A stretch of DNA of 45,907 nt from assembly GCA_036687775.1 (NCBI GenBank), contig JAYYZG010000071.1, positions 1 through 45,907 on the forward strand, in the 5' to 3' direction. The DNA comes from Actinomycetota bacterium. Lineage in GTDB: Bacteria > Actinomycetota > Acidimicrobiia > Acidimicrobiales > UBA8592. Position numbers and translations under genes: made by a program. Shown here one piece after another: positions 9,090 through 18,754 of the stretch; within the stretch, counting starts at the first letter, position 1, and every line of letters starts with the position of its first letter. The notes under the pieces were generated by a model. It ran no database searches. It saw only the letters and a program-made list of their open reading frames with translations, and was not told where the DNA came from.

Positions 9090-10784
9090 TTGATCATGTC
9101 TAATGCAGAAGAAATAACCAAAGAGATACAAGCTGAAATTAGAGGTCCTGGTGGGTTGTGGGAGACTACTAATGAAACTGTGCTTGGCGAGAATTTAGTA
9201 GTCTTTAAGAACCGTCATCGCAGCATTAGCGAAATGCTCAAAGCGAATACAGCACAATGGTTAGGTAGAGAATGTCTTGTCCTAGGGGACAACCGAATCT
9301 CTTATGAAGAACTCCAAAGCCGAGTTGAATCTACTGCCTACCGTTTCCAGAGCACGTATGGGATCAACCAAGGAGACAGAGTTGCTATTCTGGCCGCAAA
9401 TTGCCCTGAATGGGTGATTAGTTTCTTTGCTGCTACACAAATTGGAGCTATCGTTTCAGCTCTTAATGGCTGGTGGACCGAAACCGAAATCAAACATGCT
9501 ATTGAATTAACCGACCCTTCAATCATCGTTGGAGATACACGACGATTGGCTCGAGCTGGATCTCTACTGAAGAACTTCCCGGTAATTGACATCAATGACT
9601 CCCCAGACTTTTTTGAACCTAGCGGAGAAGAACCGACTGAAACGGTAATTGATGAGGATGATCCAGCATTGATTCTTTTCACTTCCGGAACCACAGGGAA
9701 ATCTAAAGGGGCTCTCCTTTCTCACCGAAGTCTAATTGGCTTTGTTGATGGGACCGTCCACAATGGCTATGAAAAAAAACTAATAGCACTCAAGCTTTTG
9801 GACGTTGACCCCTCTGCCCTTCCTACTACTCAAGATATTATTTTAGCTACGTCACCTTTATTCCATATTTCCGGTTTGCCCGCTGGCGTATTAATGAACA
9901 TGGCGAATGGTGCAAAAATTATTTTTCGTTCTGGGCGCTTTGATCCAGCTGACGTGCTCCGTTTAATAGAAAAAGAACAAATAACAAATTGGACTGCTAT
10001 CGGTGATATGGGGCCTCGCGTAATGGCTCACAGCGATTTCGCAAGTAGAGATACCTCTTCACTAACTCGTGTAAGTAGCGGAGGGGCTCATTTATCAGAG
10101 AATATGCAGCGGTTAATTTCTGAACATTTTCCTCAAGCAGCTGGAGCTATAGGTCAAGGCTACGGAAGCAGTGAATCGTGCGGAGTTATCACCTCAATTG
10201 GTGGACAAGATTTCAAAAATCACCCATCTTCAGCGGGTCGAGCTTGTTTAGGCTACGAAATTGAAATACGGGATGCTGAAAACAACCCTCTTCCTGATGG
10301 AGAAGAAGGAGAGATCCATGTGAAATCTGCGTATTCGATGCTCAAGTATTGGGGGAATCCTCAGGCAACAACTGAAACACTAAAGAGTGGTAGATGGTTA
10401 GCTATGGGAGATATAGGGAAAATGGTTGACGGAAGGCTCTACATCAATTCTAGAGCGAGAGACATGATCATAAAATCTGGAGAAAATATCTATCCTGTTG
10501 AGATCGAACATAGACTTGAAAGTCACCCTGATATTCACGAAGTTGCTATTCTCGGCATAGATCATATTCAGAAAGGGCAGGAAGTCAAAGCTATCGTTGT
10601 ATTGACCCCCAGTAGCACGTTTAATCCTGAGGCATTTACTGAATGGTGTCGAGAAACATTAGCTGAATATAAAGTCCCAGATCACTGGGAGCATCGAATT
10701 GAGCCGCTTCCAAGAACGGCAAGTGGGAAAGTGATTAAAGGTGGTCTAACAGGCGACCGTGAAGTAAGTGACTACGAAGATTAA
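9090..10784 (+). CDS. AMP-dependent (long-chain) acyl-CoA synthetase
   Basis: FTSGTTGKSKG, GYGSSE, MGDIG, RARDMIIKSGENIYPVEIE, PRTASGK. Confidence 0.92.
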   Translation: MIMSNAEEITKEIQAEIRGPGGLWETTNETVLGENLVVFKNRHRSISEMLKANTAQWLGRECLVLGDNRISYEELQSRVESTAYRFQSTYGINQGDRVAILAANCPEWVISFFAATQIGAIVSALNGWWTETEIKHAIELTDPSIIVGDTRRLARAGSLLKNFPVIDINDSPDFFEPSGEEPTETVIDEDDPALILFTSGTTGKSKGALLSHRSLIGFVDGTVHNGYEKKLIALKLLDVDPSALPTTQDIILATSPLFHISGLPAGVLMNMANGAKIIFRSGRFDPADVLRLIEKEQITNWTAIGDMGPRVMAHSDFASRDTSSLTRVSSGGAHLSENMQRLISEHFPQAAGAIGQGYGSSESCGVITSIGGQDFKNHPSSAGRACLGYEIEIRDAENNPLPDGEEGEIHVKSAYSMLKYWGNPQATTETLKSGRWLAMGDIGKMVDGRLYINSRARDMIIKSGENIYPVEIEHRLESHPDIHEVAILGIDHIQKGQEVKAIVVLTPSSTFNPEAFTEWCRETLAEYKVPDHWEHRIEPLPRTASGKVIKGGLTGDREVSDYED

Positions 10785-10794
10785 AGTTCGTGAT

Positions 10795-12957
10795 TTAGCT
10801 AAATTCAAATAACTCATCTTCACTGATTCGGGCAACTTTTATAGGGATTGCACTCATTACTGGCAAGCCAGTGATTCTGTCATATCCGGAATCAGATGTG
10901 ACTAGACGGTTAGTTGGAGTTCCAATATCCCTAACTTTCTCATCTGTTAAGGAAAGACCACCCCAAGAATGAGACATCGCAATAACGCCCTGTTTTATAT
11001 CTGGGTCATTTTCTGCAACACCAACCACTGATGACCGTGGCGATGATATCCGCAAAAGATCTCCAGATTCAGCACCAAGATTTTTAAGATCATCAGGATG
11101 CACATACGCATAATTAGTTGTTGCTACACGTGCTAACCCTGGTAGCTCAGACCCTAAAGAATTCAGTGCATGTTTGAGTCGTCTACCCACCAATAAGAAG
11201 GGGAATTCAGAATCGTTAAATATTCCAAGAAGGTCACTCCCAGATTTTTCGTTTCTAACCTCTTGGAGTTCTAAATAGACATCTTGAGGACAAACAGCAA
11301 ATTTTGCATCGTTATCTGGGTCCCCTGGCAGAACAATAATTGGATTGTCATGAATTACTCCCTTATTTTTTCGCCATTCACTTATGGGCAAGCGGGAATT
11401 TCCATACACATAATCTATGACATCACCATCGGTCAATCTCGTTTCAATTGGTAGATCCCCACCTGGCAAAGCGAGTTTGGTTCCTGCCCTCTTCGCTAAA
11501 CCTACGAACACTTCCCATTCATTTAGAACGTCATCTCCCGAATCAATAACGCGGTCGGTGTAGTTCGTGTAAACAGCAGGGAATCGCCTATCCATAACAT
11601 TTGGAACATCTTCCCTTTCCAGTTGTAATCGCGGGGCGAAAATGTAATCAGATAGTTCCGCTGTAGCTGTCATCCGATGGTCAATAACAACTAACAGTTC
11701 CAAACTTTGAAGGGCTTCAAGAGTTTTTTGCTGGTCGGGCCAAGCTTGCACAGGGTTCCCTCCTGAGACGATTAGTGCTCGAACTTGTCCGTCTCCTTCC
11801 AAAAGAATCTCATCATTTAAAGCATTCGTTAACATTTCATCAGCAAGACCATGTAAGCCTCTAACACGGTGAGGAGCTCCAGGAGTTGGGTTACTCGGTG
11901 CTTTGACCTGCGCACGGCGAGTATCACCGGGTGAAAGCATATAAGGACTCTCCAACGACTCTCCTGCTCTCAAAACCCGCCCACAGAGAACATTTAGTGT
12001 CAGTGTGAGCGATTCCATCAGTGTCCCATGAGGAGCCATGTTCGGACCTGTCCCAGACCCAGCTGTTCCTCTTGGACCTTCGGCAAAAATTTTCGCAGCA
12101 GTTTTAATATCTTCAGGGGAAACTCCACAACGAGTTGCGGCATATTCGGGAGTAAAGAGACCTGTTCCTTCTTTCAAGTGCTTGAGCTGACCACTTTCAA
12201 CAAATTCATTACAAAAATCTTTGTCATATAAATTATTGCTGAGAATAACATTGATCATTGCCGCTAGAAGGGTGGGGTCTTCGCCAGGCTTTACCTGCAG
12301 CCAAAGGTCAGCCTGTCTCGCTAATTCACTTCTCCTCGGATCAATTACTATTAGCTTCAGACCTCTTTTCTTCGCTTCCCGAAGCTTTACGAAGGGATCA
12401 GTTCCTTGAAGCCCACTTGCCGGTCCATAACTAGAAACAAGTGGGTTATATCCAACTGCTAACAACACATCCGCGTCGGAAAAATTTTGCCACCCAGCCT
12501 CCCAAGAACCCAAACGAAGAAGAGAGCTCCTGTGGGCGGGTTGGTCGATAGTCAAAGAAGTGTAGAAGGAAGGCGAGTCGATACCTTTATGCCACGATGA
12601 AGCTACGGCGACCCCAACACTATTTTGATACGCTCCTGTCCCAATGTAAGTCGCCACCGAACGAGGGCCATGCTCCGAAACAATTTGTTCAAGCTTCTGA
12701 GCGATTTCATTTAGAGCATCATTTGATGAGATCTGGTCAAAAACCCCAGAAGGGTTTTTCTTTAGAGGAAACCTTAGGCGACTAGGATTATGGAACTGGT
12801 CTGCTAATTGCCGCCCCTTTATACATGAATAACCTTTAAAGAGAGGATCGTTTTTATCACCTCGGACGCCTACGATTCTGCTGCTATCTTCAATATCGAT
12901 TTCCATTGGGCAAGCTGCGTGACAGACCCGACAAAATGTTTTTTTCGTAACAATCAT
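10795..12957 (-). CDS. Molybdopterin-dependent oxidoreductase (DMSO reductase/MopB superfamily), cytoplasmic
   Basis: N-terminal CRVCHAAC...CIKG Fe-S motif, GYNPLVS, IVIDPRRSE, PGEDPTL, C-terminal VHPDD...SHSWG. No Tat signal. Start likely ATG 12957. Confidence 0.9.
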   Translation of the reverse strand: MIVTKKTFCRVCHAACPMEIDIEDSSRIVGVRGDKNDPLFKGYSCIKGRQLADQFHNPSRLRFPLKKNPSGVFDQISSNDALNEIAQKLEQIVSEHGPRSVATYIGTGAYQNSVGVAVASSWHKGIDSPSFYTSLTIDQPAHRSSLLRLGSWEAGWQNFSDADVLLAVGYNPLVSSYGPASGLQGTDPFVKLREAKKRGLKLIVIDPRRSELARQADLWLQVKPGEDPTLLAAMINVILSNNLYDKDFCNEFVESGQLKHLKEGTGLFTPEYAATRCGVSPEDIKTAAKIFAEGPRGTAGSGTGPNMAPHGTLMESLTLTLNVLCGRVLRAGESLESPYMLSPGDTRRAQVKAPSNPTPGAPHRVRGLHGLADEMLTNALNDEILLEGDGQVRALIVSGGNPVQAWPDQQKTLEALQSLELLVVIDHRMTATAELSDYIFAPRLQLEREDVPNVMDRRFPAVYTNYTDRVIDSGDDVLNEWEVFVGLAKRAGTKLALPGGDLPIETRLTDGDVIDYVYGNSRLPISEWRKNKGVIHDNPIIVLPGDPDNDAKFAVCPQDVYLELQEVRNEKSGSDLLGIFNDSEFPFLLVGRRLKHALNSLGSELPGLARVATTNYAYVHPDDLKNLGAESGDLLRISSPRSSVVGVAENDPDIKQGVIAMSHSWGGLSLTDEKVRDIGTPTNRLVTSDSGYDRITGLPVMSAIPIKVARISEDELFEFS

Positions 12958-13070
12958 TACCTTTGAATTTACATGATTTTCTTTGTAAAGATTCAATGCG
13001 TGCTTAGATGATCTTCCCTAGAATGTGATTGTGAGGTGGCGAATGCTGCCAGAAGGTGAGAGTGTTAAGC

Positions 13071-13913
13071 ATGAGCTACGAATGTTTTGAAGTAACAGAA
13101 ATTGGGAGTGTTGCCCACGTCCAACTAAGCCGCGGTGACAGCCTAAATACTATGATTCCTGCTTTCTGGAGAGAATTGCCAGAAATCATTAATGCTATAA
13201 GTGACGAAGGGAAGGCCAGAGCGATTGTTATCTCTTCAACTGGTCGCCATTTCTGTGCTGGTATGGACCTATCTGTGTTCACGGGCGGTGGTCTAAATGA
13301 TGGGACACGTCCCGAAAGAGGAAGAAGTAACGCCGTAACTCGAGGTGGCGCCCTTCACTTACAAGAAAGCTTTACTTGTTTTGAAAAAGCTAGGATGCCG
13401 GTCTTGACTGCCATACAGGGTGGTTGTGTAGGAGGAGCAGTAGACATGGTTACGGCGGCCGACATGCGTTATGTTTCTGAAGACGCTTGGTTCTGTATTC
13501 AGGAAATTAACATTGGGATGACTGCTGATGTTGGGACACTTCAAAGACTTCCGAAGTTGATCCCTGAGGGAATTGCTCGAGAGTTAGCTTATACGGGACG
13601 ACGAATGTCTGCCCAAAGAGCGCTAGAGGTGGGCTTAGTGAACCAAATTTTCCCATCTCACGACGAACTCATTGAAGGGGTGCTGGAAATTGCAGCAGAA
13701 ATTGCAACTAAGTCTCCTCTTGCAATCTGGGGGACAAAAGAAAGCGTGAACTTTACTCGAGACCATTCAGTGGCGGATAGCTTAAACTTCATAGCAACTT
13801 GGCAAGCAGGAATGTTTCAACCACAAGATATGGCGGCGGTGTTTGAGGCTCAATCAAAAAATGAAGACCCAGAATTTGACGACCTACCTCCCGTTCGAAA
13901 AGGTTTAGGTTAA
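13071..13913 (+). CDS. Enoyl-CoA hydratase/isomerase (dienoyl-CoA isomerase-like)
   Basis: FCAGMDL, AIQGGCVGGAVD, QEINIGMTADVGTLQRLP. Confidence 0.92.
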   Translation: MSYECFEVTEIGSVAHVQLSRGDSLNTMIPAFWRELPEIINAISDEGKARAIVISSTGRHFCAGMDLSVFTGGGLNDGTRPERGRSNAVTRGGALHLQESFTCFEKARMPVLTAIQGGCVGGAVDMVTAADMRYVSEDAWFCIQEINIGMTADVGTLQRLPKLIPEGIARELAYTGRRMSAQRALEVGLVNQIFPSHDELIEGVLEIAAEIATKSPLAIWGTKESVNFTRDHSVADSLNFIATWQAGMFQPQDMAAVFEAQSKNEDPEFDDLPPVRKGLG

Positions 13914-15478
13914 GTAGAAAGTAGCCTTCTGCCTATTAATTTCAAGCATAAAGTTTCATCTGCGCCTTCAAATATTGAGAGAACTCGTGCATCAACAAAG
14001 AGACGGCTAACCGCGTATTCTTCAGCGTATCCGAAGCCACCGTGCATTTGCATTGCTTCCCTAGTTACCCATTCAGCGGCTTTACATGCATAAGCTTTAA
14101 CCATCGCCGCTTCCAAAGCACCTGATCCGTTCGAGAGAAGTTCCCCTACTTTGTACGTGTACTGTCGGCAAGCCTGTATAAGTGCCACCATGCGCCCTAG
14201 TTTGATTTGCGTGAGTTGATAATCTGACAAAGACTGACCGAAAACCTTACGCTCTGCACAGTATTCTAATGCTTCTTCGTAAGCTCTTTGCATTACTCCA
14301 ACTGCACGAGCAGCTGTTTGCAATCTTCCATTTTCAAAACCCGCCATTTGCAGGTAGAAACCTTTCCCTTCTCCATCTGAACCGCCAATAAGGGCTTCAG
14401 CTGGAACCTGCCAATCTTGAAAAGATATTTCGAAACTATGCATACCTCGGTAGCCAAGTGTCGGAATCGCCCTCCCTTGCATTCGCCCTCCAGAGTCTTG
14501 CTGTAAATCAAAATTGTGTCCTGCAATACGTTCTTTTCTAACAACAAAGACGCTTAGACCTCGATGACCTGCGGATACATCAGGGTTTGTTCGGGCAAGG
14601 ACCATTAAGAGATCAGCTCGCCCCGCAAAAGTACACCATGTCTTTACGCCGTTGAGTTCCCATAAACCATCATCTTTTTTTCGAGCTGACATAGTTATTG
14701 ACGCAACATCGCTCCCATGGTCTGGTTCTGTGACCGCTACTGCTGACATGTTTTCCCCGGAGGCTATTGCAGGTAAAAGGTCTTTCTTTTGTTTTTCTGT
14801 TCCGCCGTTTTCTATAGCCCTAGCCAAGATTTCTGGTCTGGTGATAAGAGACCCTCCTATACTTAGCGACGTTTTAGAAAGTTCTTCAGTGGCTATCACC
14901 ATCGCGTGCATATCTTGGCTTGAGCCAGTAGCACTACCCCCGTATTCAATTGGGATGGATAGCCCAAAACATCCAAGGTCAGCTAAGCCACTAATAATTG
15001 ACTCTGGAACGTCCAAATCTTTCCGGTGTACTTCCTCAGCTATGTCCACAATATGGTCCTGTCCGAAGCGTCGAAAGGTTTGAGCTACGAGTTCCATGTC
15101 GTCGCTTAGGTGGGATTTCCCCGGATTTTGCGAGTTCTGTGCATACGACTCCGGTGTCCCATGGCTAGTAACGTATGCACGCACAAGTTCAAGATCGGAA
15201 TCATCTAATTCCCATAGTTGTTCGCATCCAAAGGAAATAGTAGCTACTGACCGGAGTACATCTGAACAAAATATTTCAACGAGTTGGCTTTCATCAGGAC
15301 CATTGTCAGCGTAATCTAAGAAACTTTCTGCAATCGCGTGGGCTGAACTCGCATGGGCAATGTCGTAAAGGAAAGCTTGGTGAGCTTCGGGTTTTTCCTG
15401 CGACCGGAGATAAGAGATTCCGGAATCGATGATGTTTTTTGCGCTTTTCAGGGCATCCGAGGCTTTCTCACGATCCAC
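13910..15478 (-). CDS. Long acyl-CoA dehydrogenase, (2S)-methylsuccinyl-CoA dehydrogenase (Mcd)-like
   Basis: ACAD core with about 130-aa N-terminal extension; GSLITRPEI, TEPDHGSD, LGYRGM, RLQTAARAVG, DARVLSIFEGA. GGAGG RBS before GTG 15478. ACAD call is secure; Mcd specificity is less so. Confidence 0.8.
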   Translation of the reverse strand: MDREKASDALKSAKNIIDSGISYLRSQEKPEAHQAFLYDIAHASSAHAIAESFLDYADNGPDESQLVEIFCSDVLRSVATISFGCEQLWELDDSDLELVRAYVTSHGTPESYAQNSQNPGKSHLSDDMELVAQTFRRFGQDHIVDIAEEVHRKDLDVPESIISGLADLGCFGLSIPIEYGGSATGSSQDMHAMVIATEELSKTSLSIGGSLITRPEILARAIENGGTEKQKKDLLPAIASGENMSAVAVTEPDHGSDVASITMSARKKDDGLWELNGVKTWCTFAGRADLLMVLARTNPDVSAGHRGLSVFVVRKERIAGHNFDLQQDSGGRMQGRAIPTLGYRGMHSFEISFQDWQVPAEALIGGSDGEGKGFYLQMAGFENGRLQTAARAVGVMQRAYEEALEYCAERKVFGQSLSDYQLTQIKLGRMVALIQACRQYTYKVGELLSNGSGALEAAMVKAYACKAAEWVTREAMQMHGGFGYAEEYAVSRLFVDARVLSIFEGADETLCLKLIGRRLLST

Positions 15479-15563
15479 GGTATCCCCTCCAATCACTTTA
15501 TAGCCTGATAGTTGATCTCAGTGTAGGTCTTTGGTGGTTCTCCGGCACTCTTGAAGGGCGAAT

Positions 15564-17267
15564 TCAATTTTCAGTTTTAACTTCTCCGCCAAGCCGATTG
15601 AGGATCTGAACACAACCAGATTCAGGATCAACTTCAATAAACGCCCCATCATCGATGTCATCCAGAGCGTTGGAGACTCCGATGACGGCAGGAATGTTCA
15701 ATTCACGTGACAAGACTGCAGCATGACACATCGCCCCGCCTTCAACCGTTACCAACCCACCGGCAATTGAAAGCACCATATTGTATGCCGGAGAAGTGGT
15801 TCTCGTAACAAGAATCTCCCCTGACTGCAAACGGTCCAATGCCTCATGAGCATTCTCTGCAACTCTGGCAACCTGTTTATATTTACTCTTCCCTATACCT
15901 ATTCCTCGTAACTCTCCATTCGTGATTCGTTTACCTTGTTCGCCAGAGTCATGCCCATCGCCCATTCCGAGTTCCGCAAGAATTTTCTGCACCGTATTCA
16001 CTGCCATCGCCAGATGCTCTGGAAGAGCACCTACTGGAGGTGGCGTTTCGGTCATTCCCAATACCGCCGGAGGATCGAGCAACTTTTGTTGTGATCTAAG
16101 TCGCGCACGTTCTGATAATTCATCGGAAGTCGGTCCATTCTTATTAGATACGAGTTCAGGCAATTCTTCTGTCGTTAATTCAAAAATATGAGTTTCATTC
16201 ACAATCCGTCCAGCCTCTTTGAGGCGTAAACCTGCTTCAAGCATTCCCAAACGCAATAAACCACATGGCCATTCAGCGGTAATCGGCCCATTGTCATCTC
16301 GTAAGTCCATGGCCTCTCGAGCTCGGGAAAGGAGATCGTCAAAATGTTCATGGTCCTTAGCGGGTATCCTACTTCGAACCGAATTTACCTCTGTTTCAAG
16401 TTCATGTGTTTCAGAAGTAGTCAATTTATCGCTGGCACGGATAGTAGCCAGAAGAACTTCTGGGGATTCTTTCAATGTTGGAGTATCTATGTCATATCCT
16501 GCATAAAGTACTGAGCCGTGAATGCGGAGATAAGCATTAAGTTTCCCTGATATTGAATCTGAAATGCTAGCCAATTCCTCTAGCGAGGAAGGCGATATAC
16601 CTGATTGATTAACTTCTATGGATATTGCATTAAGAGCTTGAAGGGGTTCAGACGTTGAAGGTGAAGCCCCCGCTAGCAATGCGAGAAGTTGGCGACTGGG
16701 AATACCCCAATCAGACCCTTCGACGAGAAAGCGACCTATAGGTCCCAGGTCGTAGCAGTGAAGTCGAAAATGCTCATCCAAGGTTTCTCGAAGATGAGCG
16801 ATCAGATTTGCCAGATGTATCCCAAGGGCGGAGTCATCAAGATCTTGCAGTTCTATATCCTGAAAATCCAAATTCTTTGCAACCAAGGAAGGTCTACCTT
16901 CTTCCTTCCAAGCATTAATGACTTCTGAAACTTGCAAATTTTCCAAAAAACGTTTTGCCGCTTTCTCGCGACGTCGAAATTCCGGATGTAGCCTTGCCAC
17001 TAGCCAAAGAAAAATAAATGGAGGTTGCTTTCCAACCGGACGGTCAGGGAATATTAGAGGTCTCATTCTGCTATACCAAAATCCATTTACGAATCTGATA
17101 CTCAACGTTTCAGCAGGAATACCTATAGTTGCCCATTCGCGACGATAGACCTCCTCTACAGCAGTTCCAACAAGTTCCCGAGCTATTGGAGTGGTTCCAC
17201 CAGGAAAATGCGATCTATCCAATTGCCAGAATCCGGGACCAGGTGGATTAAAATCCATAGCTTCCAT
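15564..17267 (-). CDS. PEP-utilising enzyme with C-terminal phosphohistidine swivel domain and no ATP-grasp domain
   Basis: GEILVTRTTSPAY...TVEGGAMCHAAVLSRELNIPAVIGV...IEVDPESGCV. Confidence 0.85.
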   Translation of the reverse strand: MEAMDFNPPGPGFWQLDRSHFPGGTTPIARELVGTAVEEVYRREWATIGIPAETLSIRFVNGFWYSRMRPLIFPDRPVGKQPPFIFLWLVARLHPEFRRREKAAKRFLENLQVSEVINAWKEEGRPSLVAKNLDFQDIELQDLDDSALGIHLANLIAHLRETLDEHFRLHCYDLGPIGRFLVEGSDWGIPSRQLLALLAGASPSTSEPLQALNAISIEVNQSGISPSSLEELASISDSISGKLNAYLRIHGSVLYAGYDIDTPTLKESPEVLLATIRASDKLTTSETHELETEVNSVRSRIPAKDHEHFDDLLSRAREAMDLRDDNGPITAEWPCGLLRLGMLEAGLRLKEAGRIVNETHIFELTTEELPELVSNKNGPTSDELSERARLRSQQKLLDPPAVLGMTETPPPVGALPEHLAMAVNTVQKILAELGMGDGHDSGEQGKRITNGELRGIGIGKSKYKQVARVAENAHEALDRLQSGEILVTRTTSPAYNMVLSIAGGLVTVEGGAMCHAAVLSRELNIPAVIGVSNALDDIDDGAFIEVDPESGCVQILNRLGGEVKTEN

Positions 17268-17346
17268 AAAATTGCCGCTCCTTGACTCACTAGAAAACTC
17301 TCCAATTATGGTATGCGAATCTCCAGGTTGTAGCTAGTTTGAGAGA

Positions 17347-18216
17347 ATGAACCCTGTCACTCTTTCTGCCGGAATTCACCTACCTCAAGCAGGTCCCGCT
17401 GCTTCCGGAGATTCAATAACACAAGTAGCACAATTAGCTGAAAAGTTAGGTTTCAGAGATGTTTGGGTCAGTGATCACTTAGTTATCCCATCTAACGCTA
17501 AATACCCTCCATCTGCCTACGTTTTTGAACCTTTGGCTGTCATGGCTTGGGTCGCTGCTCATACTTCAAGAGTTGGAATAGGAACCACCGTTCTAGTCTT
17601 ACCGATGCGCAACCCAATAGTTACTGCGAAATCAATAGCTTCTATAGACCAGTTAAGCGGAGGCCGGGTCATACTTGGAACTGCCGCTGGATGGCTCAAA
17701 GCAGAATTTGATGCTCTCGGCATCCCATTTGATGAAAGGGGACCTCGTACTGATGAAGCGTTAGAAATTATTGAATGCCTGTGGAAAGAAGACCATATTT
17801 CGGCCTCATATCCAATACATGGAGCAGAGTTCGTTGAGATGCGCGCCAAACCTCAACCTGTTAGCGATATCCCCATTTGGATTGGGGGACATGCTGATGT
17901 TGCCCTTCGAAGAGCAGCCCGAGTGGGTGATGGCTGGCATGGGGCATTTCTCTCCCCTAGCGAAACATCAAAAATGGTGAAGAAATTACATTCTTACGAA
18001 CATAAAGAAGGTTTCGTTATTTCAATGCGAACTAATTGGGACCCTCTCGAAGATGACACTGAAAAAATCTTATCCGAGATCAGTAAATACGTTGAGGTAG
18101 GCGTAACCCATTTTGTCCCTGAACCAAGACAAAGAAACAAAATAGAGTATATGCGTTCAGTCGAAATACTTGCTGACCTTTTTGGCCAGTCAGGGATCCA
18201 TTTATTTAAAAGTTAG
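17347..18216 (+). CDS. LLM-class F420-dependent oxidoreductase (Rv2161c-like)
   Basis: AEKLGFRDVWVSDH, GTTVLVLPMRNP, DQLSGGRVILG.AGWLKAEF, PIWIGG. Confidence 0.88.
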   Translation: MNPVTLSAGIHLPQAGPAASGDSITQVAQLAEKLGFRDVWVSDHLVIPSNAKYPPSAYVFEPLAVMAWVAAHTSRVGIGTTVLVLPMRNPIVTAKSIASIDQLSGGRVILGTAAGWLKAEFDALGIPFDERGPRTDEALEIIECLWKEDHISASYPIHGAEFVEMRAKPQPVSDIPIWIGGHADVALRRAARVGDGWHGAFLSPSETSKMVKKLHSYEHKEGFVISMRTNWDPLEDDTEKILSEISKYVEVGVTHFVPEPRQRNKIEYMRSVEILADLFGQSGIHLFKS

Positions 18217-18228
18217 AGAGCAAAAGGT

Positions 18229-18678
18229 TCATTGTTCAGGATTCTTGCCCTCTTCACCGTAAAGAACTTTCTCTCGTGTAGGAACCCTAAGACCCACATA
18301 CCACACACCGAATATTCCAACAGCCCCAACGAGAAGACGTACCCACATCTGGTTTATTGCGAATCCAATACTTAATGCCACCGCTGATGACATCATTGCA
18401 ATAGCGACAAATTTTGATTTTCTTGGCATACCTAAGCCTGATCTATGGTCCTGAACAAATTTTCCTATTCCAGGTAATTGGAGTATCCACTTCTCAAAAC
18501 GCGGACTTGATTTAGCGAAACACCAAGCTGCCATGATCATGAAAACAGTTGTTGGCATCCCTGGAATCAGAACTCCGATGAGGCCAAGACCCACAAAGAA
18601 AAATCCTAAAATTAAAAGAAGGTACCGAAGAACACTAGATGCAACTATCTGGTTTTTATTTTCGTCTTGGTCACTCAT
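18229..18678 (-). CDS. YbaN/DUF454 family membrane protein
   Basis: GLIGVLIPGMPTTVFMIMAAWCFAKSSPRFEKW. Confidence 0.88.
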   Translation of the reverse strand: MSDQDENKNQIVASSVLRYLLLILGFFFVGLGLIGVLIPGMPTTVFMIMAAWCFAKSSPRFEKWILQLPGIGKFVQDHRSGLGMPRKSKFVAIAMMSSAVALSIGFAINQMWVRLLVGAVGIFGVWYVGLRVPTREKVLYGEEGKNPEQ

Positions 18679-18754
18679 ATTTCTCTACTCAACACTAGTC
18701 CTCTAGAAGCGACTTCTGTTAGTAGTAACGGACTAACTCTTGTAAACTCAGAAG

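Noticed and set aside
8157-10784. OleBC olefin biosynthesis cluster
   Set aside because: No OleA thiolase or OleD nearby, and the motifs (HGEPTW, QDWGG) fit ordinary HLDs better.
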